From Bacteroidales bacterium (GTDB lineage Bacteria; Bacteroidota; Bacteroidia; Bacteroidales; ML635J-15): a DNA stretch of 57,229 bases. The stretch spans positions 1 to 57,229 of the forward strand of contig JAQUBO010000001.1 in the NCBI GenBank assembly GCA_028686735.1, written 5' to 3'. The translations under genes and the position numbers were made by a program. Below are positions 8,548-19,500 of the stretch, piece by piece; position 1 is the stretch's first letter, and each line of letters opens with the position of its first letter. The notes under the pieces are model-generated. The model made no database searches, had not been told where the DNA came from, and saw only the letters and a program-made list of their open reading frames with translations.

Positions 8548-9786
8548 ATGCAATATCCTCTGATATTTATATTTTGTATTTTTATAATTCCGTCAGTTAA
8601 TGCACAAGTAAAATGCTTATCGGGAGACTGTGAAAATGGCAGAGGTACTGCACAAATAAAAGAAGACAAAAAGAAAATATATTATTTTGGGAGTTTCACA
8701 GATGGAAAGTTTGATGGTTACGGTGAGTGGGAAACGAATGAAAAATCTTTTAAAATAAAATACAAAGGTAGGTTCAAACATGGAAAATTTGAAGGACAAG
8801 GCGAATACACCAAAGAATCTAATGATTATTTGTACAGATATGCAGGAAACTTCAAAGACTCAAAATATCATGGCAAAGGAATTTATGAGACACGAAACAA
8901 AAAATCTAAGCAATTTGAAATAAAAGAAGGAATTTTCTCTAACGACAGTTTAAACGGACTTGCAAAAGTTATTACACAAGATTTTACATATATTGGTAAT
9001 CTTAATAATGGTGCAAGACACGGACTGGGTCTTATAGTATTTAAAGACGGTGAGTCGTATAGCGGATTTTTTAACAAAAATAGATTTGCAGATTTTGGTT
9101 ACACAAGTTACAAAAATAGGTTTGGAGTTGCTGGTCAGATTATCGATGGAATGTGCTGCAGCGGATTTATCGTGTCCTATAATTCAAAAGGAGATTGCTT
9201 TGCAGGATTAAGCACAGACACAAATTTCGGTAAACAAATATATGCAAACTCTAACGATTATTATGTTGGATTACTCGAAAAAGGAGAAAAAAAAGGACTG
9301 GGTGTTTTATGGACAGGAGCTTCAGGACAATTCAAATCTTGGGAAGTTGAAGACTCTATTTATCCAAAGCCATTTTTCTTTTCAAAAAAAGACACTGCTT
9401 GCCTAACAGGAAATTGTAATAATGGCATCAATTTAATGATAAATAACAACATAAAACACACTGGTTATTTCACTAATTCTATTGCAGATGGCTTTGGAGT
9501 TCGCGAATTGCCCGACAGTACAACATATTATGCTTATTTTGACAACAAAACTGGAAACATACAAGATAGCATTTGCATAATCGAAAATCCTGATAAGTTT
9601 TTTATAGGCGAATGGAAAGATTCTTCTCTTTCTGGAAAAGGAATTATAATTGAAAAATCAGATAAAAGAGTGTATATTGGTGAAATATCGAACAATAGAC
9701 CTAATGGAGAAGGAATACTAGTCAGCGAAAAAAATCAAGTACTTCATATTGGAGAATTTGAAAATGGAGTGTTTGTGAGAAAATGA
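8548..9786 (+). CDS. Secreted MORN-repeat protein
   Basis: 412 aa with a signal peptide. Many Y-x-G-x-F-x-x-G-K-x-x-G-x-G units, for example YFGSFTDGKFDGYG and YAGNFKDSKYHGKG. Confidence 0.7.
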   Translation: MQYPLIFIFCIFIIPSVNAQVKCLSGDCENGRGTAQIKEDKKKIYYFGSFTDGKFDGYGEWETNEKSFKIKYKGRFKHGKFEGQGEYTKESNDYLYRYAGNFKDSKYHGKGIYETRNKKSKQFEIKEGIFSNDSLNGLAKVITQDFTYIGNLNNGARHGLGLIVFKDGESYSGFFNKNRFADFGYTSYKNRFGVAGQIIDGMCCSGFIVSYNSKGDCFAGLSTDTNFGKQIYANSNDYYVGLLEKGEKKGLGVLWTGASGQFKSWEVEDSIYPKPFFFSKKDTACLTGNCNNGINLMINNNIKHTGYFTNSIADGFGVRELPDSTTYYAYFDNKTGNIQDSICIIENPDKFFIGEWKDSSLSGKGIIIEKSDKRVYIGEISNNRPNGEGILVSEKNQVLHIGEFENGVFVRK

Positions 9787-9893
9787 TTTATCAGTTGATC
9801 AGGTTATCGGATTATCGGTTTATCATTTTCATTTAGATCCATTAATTATAGAGCTTTTGTGAGTATGTATTTAATTTTTAAAAGAGTAATTTT

Positions 9894-10526
9894 ATGAATA
9901 AAGTAAAAAACATTATTTTTGATTTAGGGAATGTGATATTAGACATTGATACCAAACTAAGCGAAGTTGCCTTTGCTAATAAAGGACTTGAGAACTTTGA
10001 GAATTTATATACTCTGGCAGCTCAATCGGAAATATTTGACAGATTAGAAGTTGGAAACATCACACCCAAAGAGTTTTACACTGAATTTCGACAAATAACT
10101 AACACCAATCTTACTGATGACATTATTACTGACTGCTGGAACGCCCTAATTTTAGACTATGAACCCAAAAGAATTGAGTTACTCAAAAAGCTTAAAACTA
10201 AGTATCGTACTTTTATATTGAGTAACACTAACAAAATACATTACGATTTTTATACCACTTTACTCAAAAAAACACAAAATATTAACGGACTGGAAAGCTT
10301 GGTTGAAAAAGCATACTTCTCTCATGAAATAAATTTAAAAAAGCCTGGACGAGAGATTTTTGAATATGTTCTGCAAGACGGCAATTTAATTACTAGCGAA
10401 ACCATCTTTATTGATGACAGTAAGCCAAATATAATTACCGCAAGGGAAATGGGTTTTAAAACAATTTTATTAAAAGAAGCCCCTCTGGAGGAGTTAGATG
10501 TTTTCAATAATTTTCAACAAGTATAA
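9894..10526 (+). CDS. HAD-superfamily hydrolase (subfamily IA-like)
   Basis: 210 aa. Motif I IIFDLGNVILDID, motif II ILSNTN, motif IV IFIDDS. Confidence 0.75.
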   Translation: MNKVKNIIFDLGNVILDIDTKLSEVAFANKGLENFENLYTLAAQSEIFDRLEVGNITPKEFYTEFRQITNTNLTDDIITDCWNALILDYEPKRIELLKKLKTKYRTFILSNTNKIHYDFYTTLLKKTQNINGLESLVEKAYFSHEINLKKPGREIFEYVLQDGNLITSETIFIDDSKPNIITAREMGFKTILLKEAPLEELDVFNNFQQV

Positions 10527-10532
10527 TCTTTA

Positions 10533-13022
10533 TTATTTTAATTTAACAATAGTAATTCCACTTCCGCCAAATTGAATATCCTCGTCATAACAATTTTGGA
10601 CTTGTGAAATTGTACGTAAAAAATCGCGTATATTTTTACGAAGTATTCCGTTTCCTTTGCCGTGTAATATTTTAAGTTCCTTAAATCCAAGCATCACAGC
10701 CTCATCTACAAGCTCAGTAATTTTTGCAACAGCCTCATCCACTCTTTCACCACGAACATCTATATATGGTTTAAAGTTCAACACCTTTTCGTTATAATTA
10801 AAATGTAATCCTTTAGCAGACCGATTTTGCTTTTTATATTCATCTTCGCTTACTTTTTGCAGTCTGCCTGTTGCGATACTTGTGTACATATTACCATAAC
10901 TTACGACTGCATTTTTTCTTCCAAGATCAATTACTTCACCAATAACCTCTTGCCCCTCAACACGAACTTTACTCCCAATATGAATTTGAGTCTTATCAAT
11001 TTTTACAAATTCAAGCTTTTTATTTTGTTCAAGATTACCAGTATCTTTGACTTGTTTTTTTCGTACTTTTTGTTCTTCCTGCTTTTTTTTATAATGTTGA
11101 TATTTCTGTCCTATCTCATCCTTTTGGTTTTCTGCTTTTATCTTAAAATCATTTTTAAAATCTTCAATTTCTTTACGTGCCTGTTTTGTTTTATCTTTAT
11201 TGGCGTTACTTTCTTTAATTTTTCTGATTGTATTCTCGATTTGCTTATTTACATCTTTAAGTAATTGCTCTGCCTCTTTTTGAGCCGCACCCATTATTTG
11301 CTTTTTCTTTAGCTTAAGGCTCTCTAACTCAATAATATTTTTTTCGATACTATCTTCTAGGATTTTTTCTTGTTTACGAATTTGTTGACGTTTCCTCTCC
11401 CAGTATTTTTTATCTCTCAGCACTCTTCTAAGAAACTTATCCATATTAGACTGATCGGTTCCTGCTTTCTCTTTAGTTTTTTCGATAATATTTTGCGGCA
11501 AACCTATTCTTTGAGCAATCTCAATCGCATAAGAGCTTCCTGGCATTCCAGACTCTAAAATAAAAGTAGGCTCCATTTTATTTTGGTCTATCAGCATGGC
11601 TGCATTTTGAATACCAGATGTATTAGAAGCCATAATTTTAAGATTTGAATAATGCGTAGTAATTATACCAAAACAATTTTTTGCATTTAACTCCTCGAGT
11701 ATTGCCTCAGCTATTGTTCCCCCAATAACTGGGTCTGTTCCAGATCCAAACTCATCAATAAGAATTAAAGTTTTATCATCTGCATTTTTCAAAAAATATT
11801 TCATATTTGTTAAATGTGAACTATAAGTGCTCAAATCGTTTTCTAAAGATTGTTGATCCCCTATATCCATAAAAATACCATCAAAAACCCCAATTACTGT
11901 TTGTCCTCCAACAGGTACGGGAAGCCCACATTGAACCATATATAAAATCAAAGCTGCTGTTTTTAAACTAACGCTTTTCCCTCCAGCATTAGGACCCGAT
12001 ATTAACAATATCCGATTATCAATATCAAGTTTAAAACTAGTAGGAACAATTTCCTTTTGCTCTTTTTTTAATGCAAGATAAAGAAGTGGATGTTTGGCGT
12101 TAAAAACATCCATTTGTGGACTTTCGTCAACAGCTGGTTTAATAGCTTGAATTGAAACCGAAAACACAGCTTTAGCACGCAACACATCTAGCTCAGCTAC
12201 CATATTAGCCATAGATACCAATTCATCTTGATAGGGTCTAAATTCGTTTGTAATGTCAAATAATATTTTTTGAATCTCCCTGTTTTCTTCAAATTCTAAT
12301 TCACGAATAGTATTATTTAATTCAACAACTTCGCGGGGTTCTATATAAGATGTTTTTCCACTTGCCGACTCATCGTGTATTAGTCCATCAATTTTTCTCT
12401 TAAAAGTTGATGCAATCGGAAGGACTAGTCTGCCGTTAACTAATGTCGCAGATAAATCACGATCTACCCAAGCTTTGTCTCTAATTTCAGTAAGAATATT
12501 ATTAAGACTTTTACTAACAGAGTTTTTTGATGCCAATAAGTTTTTTCGTATCTCTTTCAGTCTAGGAGAAGCATTATCTTTAATAGTCCCATTTTTTGAC
12601 AAAACGGCATCAATTCTATCAGAAAGATATTTTGGAAACACTAAACCTTTTATCTTATTCTGTAAGCTCGGAAACTCATTTTTATCATCTTTTTTAAAAA
12701 AGACTAGTAATGCTTTACTATTATCAAGCAAAATACGAATATCAATAAGCTCAGATACATTTAAAGTACTATGTTCTACTTTTAATTTAGATATTATTCC
12801 ATCTGTTTCGGGATACGCTTTTACCGGATAATTATCCTTAAGGTTATAAATTGCTATCATTTCTTGGATTTCGTCCAATACTAATCTGATAGAGTCAACA
12901 TTATTAGAGAACTGCATCTCATCAACTAATAGTTTTGCAGCACTACCCAAGCACGCAGCTTTTATCTTACTACGAATTATGTCAAACCCTATTTTGCTTT
13001 CAAAATTTTGTGGATATATCAT
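10533..13022 (-). CDS. mutS2: Endonuclease MutS2 (MutS domain V ATPase plus C-terminal Smr)
   Basis: 829 aa. Walker A GPNAGGKS, a K/E-rich coiled coil, and Smr tail DVRGERVDEA...LHGKGNGILR. Confidence 0.9.
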   Translation of the reverse strand: MIYPQNFESKIGFDIIRSKIKAACLGSAAKLLVDEMQFSNNVDSIRLVLDEIQEMIAIYNLKDNYPVKAYPETDGIISKLKVEHSTLNVSELIDIRILLDNSKALLVFFKKDDKNEFPSLQNKIKGLVFPKYLSDRIDAVLSKNGTIKDNASPRLKEIRKNLLASKNSVSKSLNNILTEIRDKAWVDRDLSATLVNGRLVLPIASTFKRKIDGLIHDESASGKTSYIEPREVVELNNTIRELEFEENREIQKILFDITNEFRPYQDELVSMANMVAELDVLRAKAVFSVSIQAIKPAVDESPQMDVFNAKHPLLYLALKKEQKEIVPTSFKLDIDNRILLISGPNAGGKSVSLKTAALILYMVQCGLPVPVGGQTVIGVFDGIFMDIGDQQSLENDLSTYSSHLTNMKYFLKNADDKTLILIDEFGSGTDPVIGGTIAEAILEELNAKNCFGIITTHYSNLKIMASNTSGIQNAAMLIDQNKMEPTFILESGMPGSSYAIEIAQRIGLPQNIIEKTKEKAGTDQSNMDKFLRRVLRDKKYWERKRQQIRKQEKILEDSIEKNIIELESLKLKKKQIMGAAQKEAEQLLKDVNKQIENTIRKIKESNANKDKTKQARKEIEDFKNDFKIKAENQKDEIGQKYQHYKKKQEEQKVRKKQVKDTGNLEQNKKLEFVKIDKTQIHIGSKVRVEGQEVIGEVIDLGRKNAVVSYGNMYTSIATGRLQKVSEDEYKKQNRSAKGLHFNYNEKVLNFKPYIDVRGERVDEAVAKITELVDEAVMLGFKELKILHGKGNGILRKNIRDFLRTISQVQNCYDEDIQFGGSGITIVKLK

Positions 13023-13395
13023 TAAAAACTATTTTTTACAAAAATATAAAATCTTTTCACAAAGAGTAGCGAGAAAAAGTATGCTTTCAATCTAAGCACA
13101 GACATTAGATTCTTTAGTGTGTGTCCATAATGTCCAATTTACTCACAATGGAATTTTAATTTAGCGGTGTTCGTGATACCGCTTCGCTAAATTCTGCAAT
13201 TCTCTGCTGGCTAGCAGATCAATGTATTGCGTTATGTTTGCATTGGTAATCAGTTACTCGTCAACTAACAGAGTAAACTACTGATTGCCAATACTTCGCA
13301 AACCTTAATCTCAAAGATTACAGATTAAACACTTAACTTTATTGACAAATATTAGAGATTAATCTCGTCCTTAAGCTAGCGGAAAAAAAATCGAC

Positions 13396-13562
13396 ATTAA
13401 TCCCATTTTTGTTGGAGAAGAAAAATAAAGATTAACCCCGTTTTTGTTGGAGAATAAAAATAAAGATTGACCCCGTCCTTTGTTGGAGAAGAAAATAAAG
13501 ATTAACCCCGTCCTTTATTGGAGAAGAAAAACAAAGATTAACCCCGTCCTTTAGGGCGGGGG
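13396..13562 (+). repeat. 35-bp micro-array, 4 contiguous units plus a terminal hairpin (macro-unit 1)
   Basis: Units resemble ATTAACCCCGTTTTTGTTGGAGAATAAAAATAAAG and have no spacers between them. The array ends in CCCCGTCC-TTTA-GGGCGGGG. Confidence 0.9.
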
Positions 13563-13991
13563 CAAGAACATAAACGAGAAAAAGGGCTTTAGCCCTGACA
13601 ATAATAAAAACTTTTAGGTTCTAAGTTCATGGCTAAAGCCAATAATAATTATAATTTATTCACCCCGACCTAAAGGTCAGGGTAAATAATAAATAGAAAA
13701 TAACAGTAAAATAATGTCCATCTATAATGTCAAATTTACTCACAATGGAATTTTAATTTAGCGGTGTTCGTGATACCGCTTCGCTAAATTCTGCAATTCT
13801 CCGCTGGCTAGCAGATCAATGTATTGCGTTATATTTGCATTGGTAATCAGTTATCCGTCAGCTAACGGAATAAACTCCTGATTGCCTATACTTCGCAAAC
13901 CTTAATCTCAAAGATTACAACTTAAACACTTAACTTTATTGACAAATATTAGAGATTAATCTCATCCTTAAGCTAGCGGAAAAAAATCGAC

Positions 13992-14193
13992 ATTAATCCC
14001 ATTTTTGTTGGAGAATAAAAATTAAGATTAGCCCCGTTTTTGTTGGAGAATAAAAATAAAGATTAACCCCGTTTTTGTTGGAGAAGAAAAACAAAGATTG
14101 ACCCCGTCCTTTGTTGGAAAAGAAAAATAAAGATTAATCCCGTCCTTTGTTGGAGAAGAAAATAAAGATTAACCCCGTCCTTTAGGGCGGGGG
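13992..14193 (+). repeat. 35-bp micro-array, 5 units plus a terminal hairpin (macro-unit 2)
   Basis: Same unit as above. The array is 35 bp longer than in macro-unit 1. Confidence 0.9.
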
Positions 14194-14622
14194 CAAGAAC
14201 ATAAACGAGAAAAAGGGCTTTAGCCCTGACAATAATAAAAACTTTTAGGTTCTAAGTTCATGGCTAAAGCCAATAATAATTATAATTTATTCACCCCGAC
14301 CTAAAGGTCAGGGTAAATAATAAATAGAAAATAACAGTAAAATAATGTCCATCTATAATGTCAAATTTACTCACAATGGAATTTTAATTTAGCGGTGTTC
14401 GTGATACCGCTTCGCTAAATTCTGCAATTCTCTGCTGGCTAGCAGATCAATGTATTGCGTTATGCTTGCATTGATAATCAGTTCCTCGTCAACTAACGGA
14501 GTAAACTCCTGATTGCCTATACTTCGCAAACCTTAATCTCAAAGATTACAACTTAAACACTTAACTTTATTGACAAATATTAGAGATTAATCTCGTCCTT
14601 AAGCTAGCGGAAAAAAATCGAC

Positions 14623-14859
14623 ATTAAGCCCATTTTTGTTGGAGAATAAAAATTAAGATTAGCCCCGTTTTTGTTGGAGAATAAAAATAAAGATTAACCC
14701 CGTTTTTGTTGGAGAATAAAAATAAAGATTAACCCCGTTTTTGTTGGAGAAGAAAAACAAAGATTGACCCCGTCCTTTGTTGGAGAAGAAAATAAAGATT
14801 AACCCCGTCCTTTATTGGAGAAGAAAAACAAAGATTAACCCCGTCCTTTAGGGCGGGGG
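14623..14859 (+). repeat. 35-bp micro-array, 6 units plus a terminal hairpin (macro-unit 3)
   Basis: Same unit as above. The array is 70 bp longer than in macro-unit 1. Confidence 0.9.
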
Positions 14860-15289
14860 CAAGAACATAAACGAGAAAAAGGGCTTTAGCCCTGACAATA
14901 ATAAAAACTTTTAGGTTCTAAGTTCATGGCTAAAGCCAATAATAATTATAATTTATTCACCCCGACCTAAAAGTCAGGGTAAATAATAAATAGAAAATAA
15001 CAGTAAAACAATGTCCACCTATAATGTCAGATTTACTCACAATGGAATTTTAATTTAGCAGTGTTCGTGACACCGCTTCGCTAAATTCTGCAATTCTCCG
15101 CTGGCTAGCAGATCAATGTATTGCGTTATGTTTGCATTGGTAATCAGTTACTCGTCAGCTAACGGAGTAAACTCCTGATTGCCAATACTTCGCAAACCTT
15201 AATCTCGAATATTACAACTTAAACACTTAACTTTATTGACAAATATTAGAGATTAATCTCATCCTTAAGCTAGCGGAAAAAAAATCGAC

Positions 15290-15456
15290 ATTAAGCCCAT
15301 TTTTGTTGGAGAATAAAAATTAAGATTAGCCCCGTTTTTGTTGGAGAAGAAAAATTAAGATTAATCCCGTCCTTTGTTGGAGAAGAAAAATAAAGATTAA
15401 CCCCGTCCTTTGTTGGAGAAGAAAATAAAGATTAACCCCGTCCTTTAGGGCGGGGG
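15290..15456 (+). repeat. 35-bp micro-array, 4 units plus a terminal hairpin (macro-unit 4)
   Basis: Same unit as above, with the same length as in macro-unit 1. Confidence 0.9.
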
Positions 15457-15931
15457 CAAGAACATAAACGAGAAAAAGGGCTTTAGCCCTGACAGTAATA
15501 AAAACTTTTAGGTTCTAAATTCATGGCTAAAGCCAATAATAATTATAATTTATTCACCCCCGACCTAAAGGTCAGGGTAAATAATAAATAGAAAATAACA
15601 GTAAAATAATGTCCATCTATAATGTCAAATTTACTCACAATGGAATTTTAATTTAGCGATGTTCGTGATACCGCTTAGCTAAATTCTGCAATTCTCCGCT
15701 GGCTAGCAGATCAATGTATTGCGTTATATTTGCATTGGTAATCAGTTACTCGTCAGCTAACGGAGTAAACTCCTGATTGCCAGCACTTCGCAAACCTCGA
15801 ACTCGAATATTATGAATCACACACTGAGTGTATTGACAAACACCATTTAATATCTGAGAAATAACAAATTCCTTTTTTCTACAACATAATTTTATAATTT
15901 TGTAAAATAAAATAAAATTTAGTCGAATAAA

Positions 15932-16336
15932 ATGAAACCACTCGAAATAATTAGCAAAACTGGTAAGATTTCTAACTCTGATGAACGAATTTTTAATTTT
16001 TTTGCAGATTTACGCAATATTTCCCGTTTAGTACCACCCGATGTACAAGACTGGGAAGCAAACGAAGATACTTGTAGTTTTTCAGTTAAAGGTCAAAAAA
16101 TGTCTTTAATTATTATCGAACGCACAGCCTATAAAACTATCAAAATAAAAGCGGCAGACAATTCTGCTTACAATTTAAATTTATGGATACAACTTAAAAG
16201 CATTTCGGCTTACGAAACTGCTGTACGTATAGTTATTAGAGCAAACCTTAATATGATTATGCGTGCTGCTGTAAAAAAGCCACTACAACAAGGGCTTAAT
16301 CAGATTATTGATTACATGAAACAACTGCCCTACTAA
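15932..16336 (+). CDS. Hypothetical protein (possibly an SRPBCC/START-like fold)
   Basis: 134 aa, clean ORF. A TAATTTTG -7-type box lies at 15895..15902. The fold guess is weak. Confidence 0.4.
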   Translation: MKPLEIISKTGKISNSDERIFNFFADLRNISRLVPPDVQDWEANEDTCSFSVKGQKMSLIIIERTAYKTIKIKAADNSAYNLNLWIQLKSISAYETAVRIVIRANLNMIMRAAVKKPLQQGLNQIIDYMKQLPY

Positions 16337-16484
16337 CAGCATAAGCCAGATATTTGCTTGCGTTTTTACAAAAAGTAATAAACAGCGAATTACTTAGTAA
16401 TAAGCGAAACTAAGCCCTCACTGAGAACAATAATACGAGTTAAATCACAATTTAGGCAATACGGGTAAACCAACAAAACACTAT

Positions 16485-16518
16485 AAAAAAGCTCTTAACA
16501 AAGTGTAAGAGCTTTTTT
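16485..16518. terminator. Bidirectional intrinsic terminator between convergent genes
   Basis: GCTCTTA (16491..16497) pairs with TAAGAGC (16506..16512). An A-run lies upstream and a T-run downstream. Confidence 0.7.
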
Positions 16519-16535
16519 ATTATAAACGTTTTATT

Positions 16536-19500
16536 TTACTGTTTTAAAATTTTCTTTACAAACCTTTGACCTTCTATATTTTCAATAATCAACAAATAAA
16601 ACCCTTTAGGTAAATCAGAAGTATTTATTTGTGAATTGTTAAAATTATTAAATTCTGTAATAATTTGACCTGTAATTGTTGTAAAAGAAATTTTACTTGC
16701 AGACTGATAATTATTAATGTAAAGTATGTCTGAAAAAGGATTCGGATATATGTCAAACTCTTCAATACTAAGCTCATCAATATTGGTCTGGTCATTAAAG
16801 TTCGCAGTCAATTCAACATTCGTATCAGTCATAATAAAAGAATATTCGGGATTAGTTGCAACCACATTAGAAGTAGCATCAGTCCAATTAATAAATTCGT
16901 ACCCCGTATTTTCGGTTAAATTAATTGTTACCGTTTCTCCAACGACATATTGCCCTGCCCCCATAAGGATGCCTGCACCAACAGGATTTGAAACAAGAGT
17001 AACATCATAAAGTGTTGCACTCTGAGGGACAAAATGTGCTGTAATATAAACATCATTTGCTGGCATATTAAACTCATAAGGATTATCATAGCTAACAATT
17101 ATTCCGTCAATTTTCCAACAATTAAAATCAAATCCCCAATTCGGATTTGCAAACAGGCTTACTACTTCGTCTAAAGAATATTCCCAAGCTCCTGAAACAT
17201 TACCACTACTTGCAGGATACACCTCAGAATAAACATAATAATACTCCTCAATTAAAACAAGATGATAAAATGCCGAAGCACCTACATCAAACTCTATTTC
17301 AACAGTCACATTATACAGATCTACGACTTTAGATGCGTTTGTTTGTTTGCCTTTAGCACCCACAAGAACCCGCAAATTAGCCGTTTCGGTATTTATTGGC
17401 GTTACAGTATAATCTGGAAAATCGTAGGATACTAAAGAGCCATTTTCTATCTCCCATATAGTGAGACTTAAAACAGATGAAGCATCATTCCATGTGATTG
17501 TTAAGTCAATATAATCTGGTATATCCGACTCATTATAAGTCTCTGATTCAGGGTCTATAGTTGCATTTACAATACCCGATTGAATTGCTGTAATTGTTAG
17601 GGTCGATACATCTTCGGTATCAAAAGTAATATCCAAACTTATTTCGTTTCCAACATTAGTTAAATGTGTACTAAGATATGAGTTTCTAATAAACAACCAA
17701 GAGCCTTGAATTTCATAATCTGTTCCTTCGATAAGATTTGAGGAGTTTAGTGAAACCGAACTGATTGATGCAGCTGTATTATAAATAATATTGGTAAACA
17801 CATCATTAGGATTGGATAAATCATAGTCAATCGCATTTGGTGTAATATAAGGAAGGGTAGTCTGTACAACATTAATTCTAAAGTCATCCCGCCATCCACT
17901 ATCAAATATTGCATAAAAACTCAACTCATCAGAAACTGTTGGGGATAAAGAAGATATAAAAGTATTTGTAATACTTAGAATATTTCCATCTACGAGATAG
18001 TCGGCTGGCGAGTTTAATTCAGTTTCTTGATAAAAGTTAAATTCATCCCAATAATAAAAATAAACAGAGGCAATTGAAGTATCTTCTCCCCAAACAACAT
18101 CAAAATCTACATTGTCGGGATTTCCCAAACTATAAACATTCTCTTCAGGATTTATTTGTCCATGTACATAATCTCCCCAACCCGTTGAAAAAACCATATT
18201 AAAAGGATTGTTCATATATTGTCCTGGATTTGCTGCACCTTCGACAGCTTCGGGAGGAATACTAAGAAAATATTGAGTATTAATATCCAATGGTAAATTA
18301 GGTTCAATCACTAAAATATTCCCCGACATAATTGAACAACTATTAATTGGCCATGGAGCTCCCATATTACCTTGAATGCTAATATCATCAAACCCGTTAT
18401 TTGTAGTTCCCTCAATAATGTCTCTGTCAAAGGTCAAATAAATGCTAGTATTAACATCAACCTCCGATTGTCCGTTTAGTGGATTAGAGTATAAAACAGT
18501 AAGATAATCAGACAAGAATACTGCATCAATAATTAAGTCATTAGCAGGCATATTAAAAGTGTAAGGATTATCTGTAACTTCTTGAGTTCCATTAATTATC
18601 CATTTACTAAAAGTAAACTCCGGATTACTAAAAGCTGATATAGTAAGCTCTTCACCAACATTATACTGTCCATCACCTTGAGTCCAACCCCCATCATAAG
18701 GAACACTACTTATTTGGACGTTATAATATTCATCATAAATTCCAAGAAATACATACACAGGACTACCTGCATCGAATATAATCTCTACTGAGACATATAG
18801 ATAGTCAATTGCTTTAGAAACAGAAGTTTTATTCCCTCCTATGTTAATTCTTAGAGTAGCTGTATTAACATTTATTGGTGTAACAGTATAATCATCGAAA
18901 GGAAAAACATTAGGAAATCCATTATCAACCATCAAAACACTCATAGACGAAATTGCTGAGGCACCATTCCATGTAATTATTGTCTCAACATAGTCTCCCA
19001 TATTATTTCCGTCAATATCAAACTCATTCTGACTAAGACTTGGATTAGTAATACCAGAATTTACTGCCTCAACAACAAAAGAATCAAATGAGCTCTCATC
19101 AAAACCGACACTTACGTTAATTGAATTTCCCGCAGCGAGTAAAACTGTATTCAGATAATCTTCTTTAAGATATAAATAATCCGCATTAATGATATAATTA
19201 GATGAAAGTATTGGTGTTCCGTCAACAGAAACAGAGCTTACTTCATCTCCTGCTGCCCATGCAATTGTAAAGAATACATCTTCTTTATTACTTAAATCAA
19301 ATACTTTAGACTCCTCAACAATAAAAGGATAGTAGGTATAAATCACTTCTATATTAAACTGTGAAAGATATCCGCTTCCAAACTCGGCTTCAAACCTAAT
19401 TTCCGAATGTGTTTCAGGCGATATAGATTCAATCCAAGTTCTAAAAATAGTAAGGCTATTTCCGGAGACAACATAGTCCGTGCTTTCACCCAACAATACT

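Larger units (their letters stand above)
13123..15840 (+). repeat. Nested tandem array: about 4.4 head-to-tail copies of a ~600-bp hairpin-rich unit
   Basis: The anchor TTTACTCACAATGG occurs at 13138, 13735, 14366, 15032 and 15630, giving periods of 597, 631, 666 and 598 bp. No ORF is listed in the track on either strand. The strand call rests only on T:G (G-U) positions in two stems. Confidence 0.9.

Noticed and set aside
9787-9893. Short reiterated GGTTATCGG / ATTATCGG / TTTATCA words after the MORN gene.
   Set aside because: There are only three imperfect 8-9-nt copies in AT-rich DNA. They have no dyad symmetry, no relation to the other repeat family, and no adjacent regulator. This is too weak to call.
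10827-12831. Plus-strand ORFs 10827..11264, 11370..11558 and 12475..12831. The same applies to many 60-100-aa ORFs inside other large genes, such as 1720..2022, 6193..6465, 6894..7187, 35031..36524 and 53545..53923.
   Set aside because: All lie fully within longer, well-supported genes on the opposite strand. They have low-complexity, AT-biased composition (F/I/L/K/N-rich) and no recognisable motifs.
13396-15456. The 35-bp direct repeats might be CRISPR arrays.
   Set aside because: The units are contiguous with no unique spacers between them. The repeat period equals the repeat length. The arrays recur inside a larger repeat, and there are no cas genes in the window.
13023-15931. The ORF-free 2.9 kb might be an rRNA operon, an IS or prophage remnant, an integron cassette array, or oriC.
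   Set aside because: I recognise no rRNA signature sequences. There is no transposase or integrase ORF, and the track lists no ORF at all here. No terminal inverted repeats flank the whole block. There is no cluster of TTATCCACA-type DnaA boxes and no dnaA neighbour.
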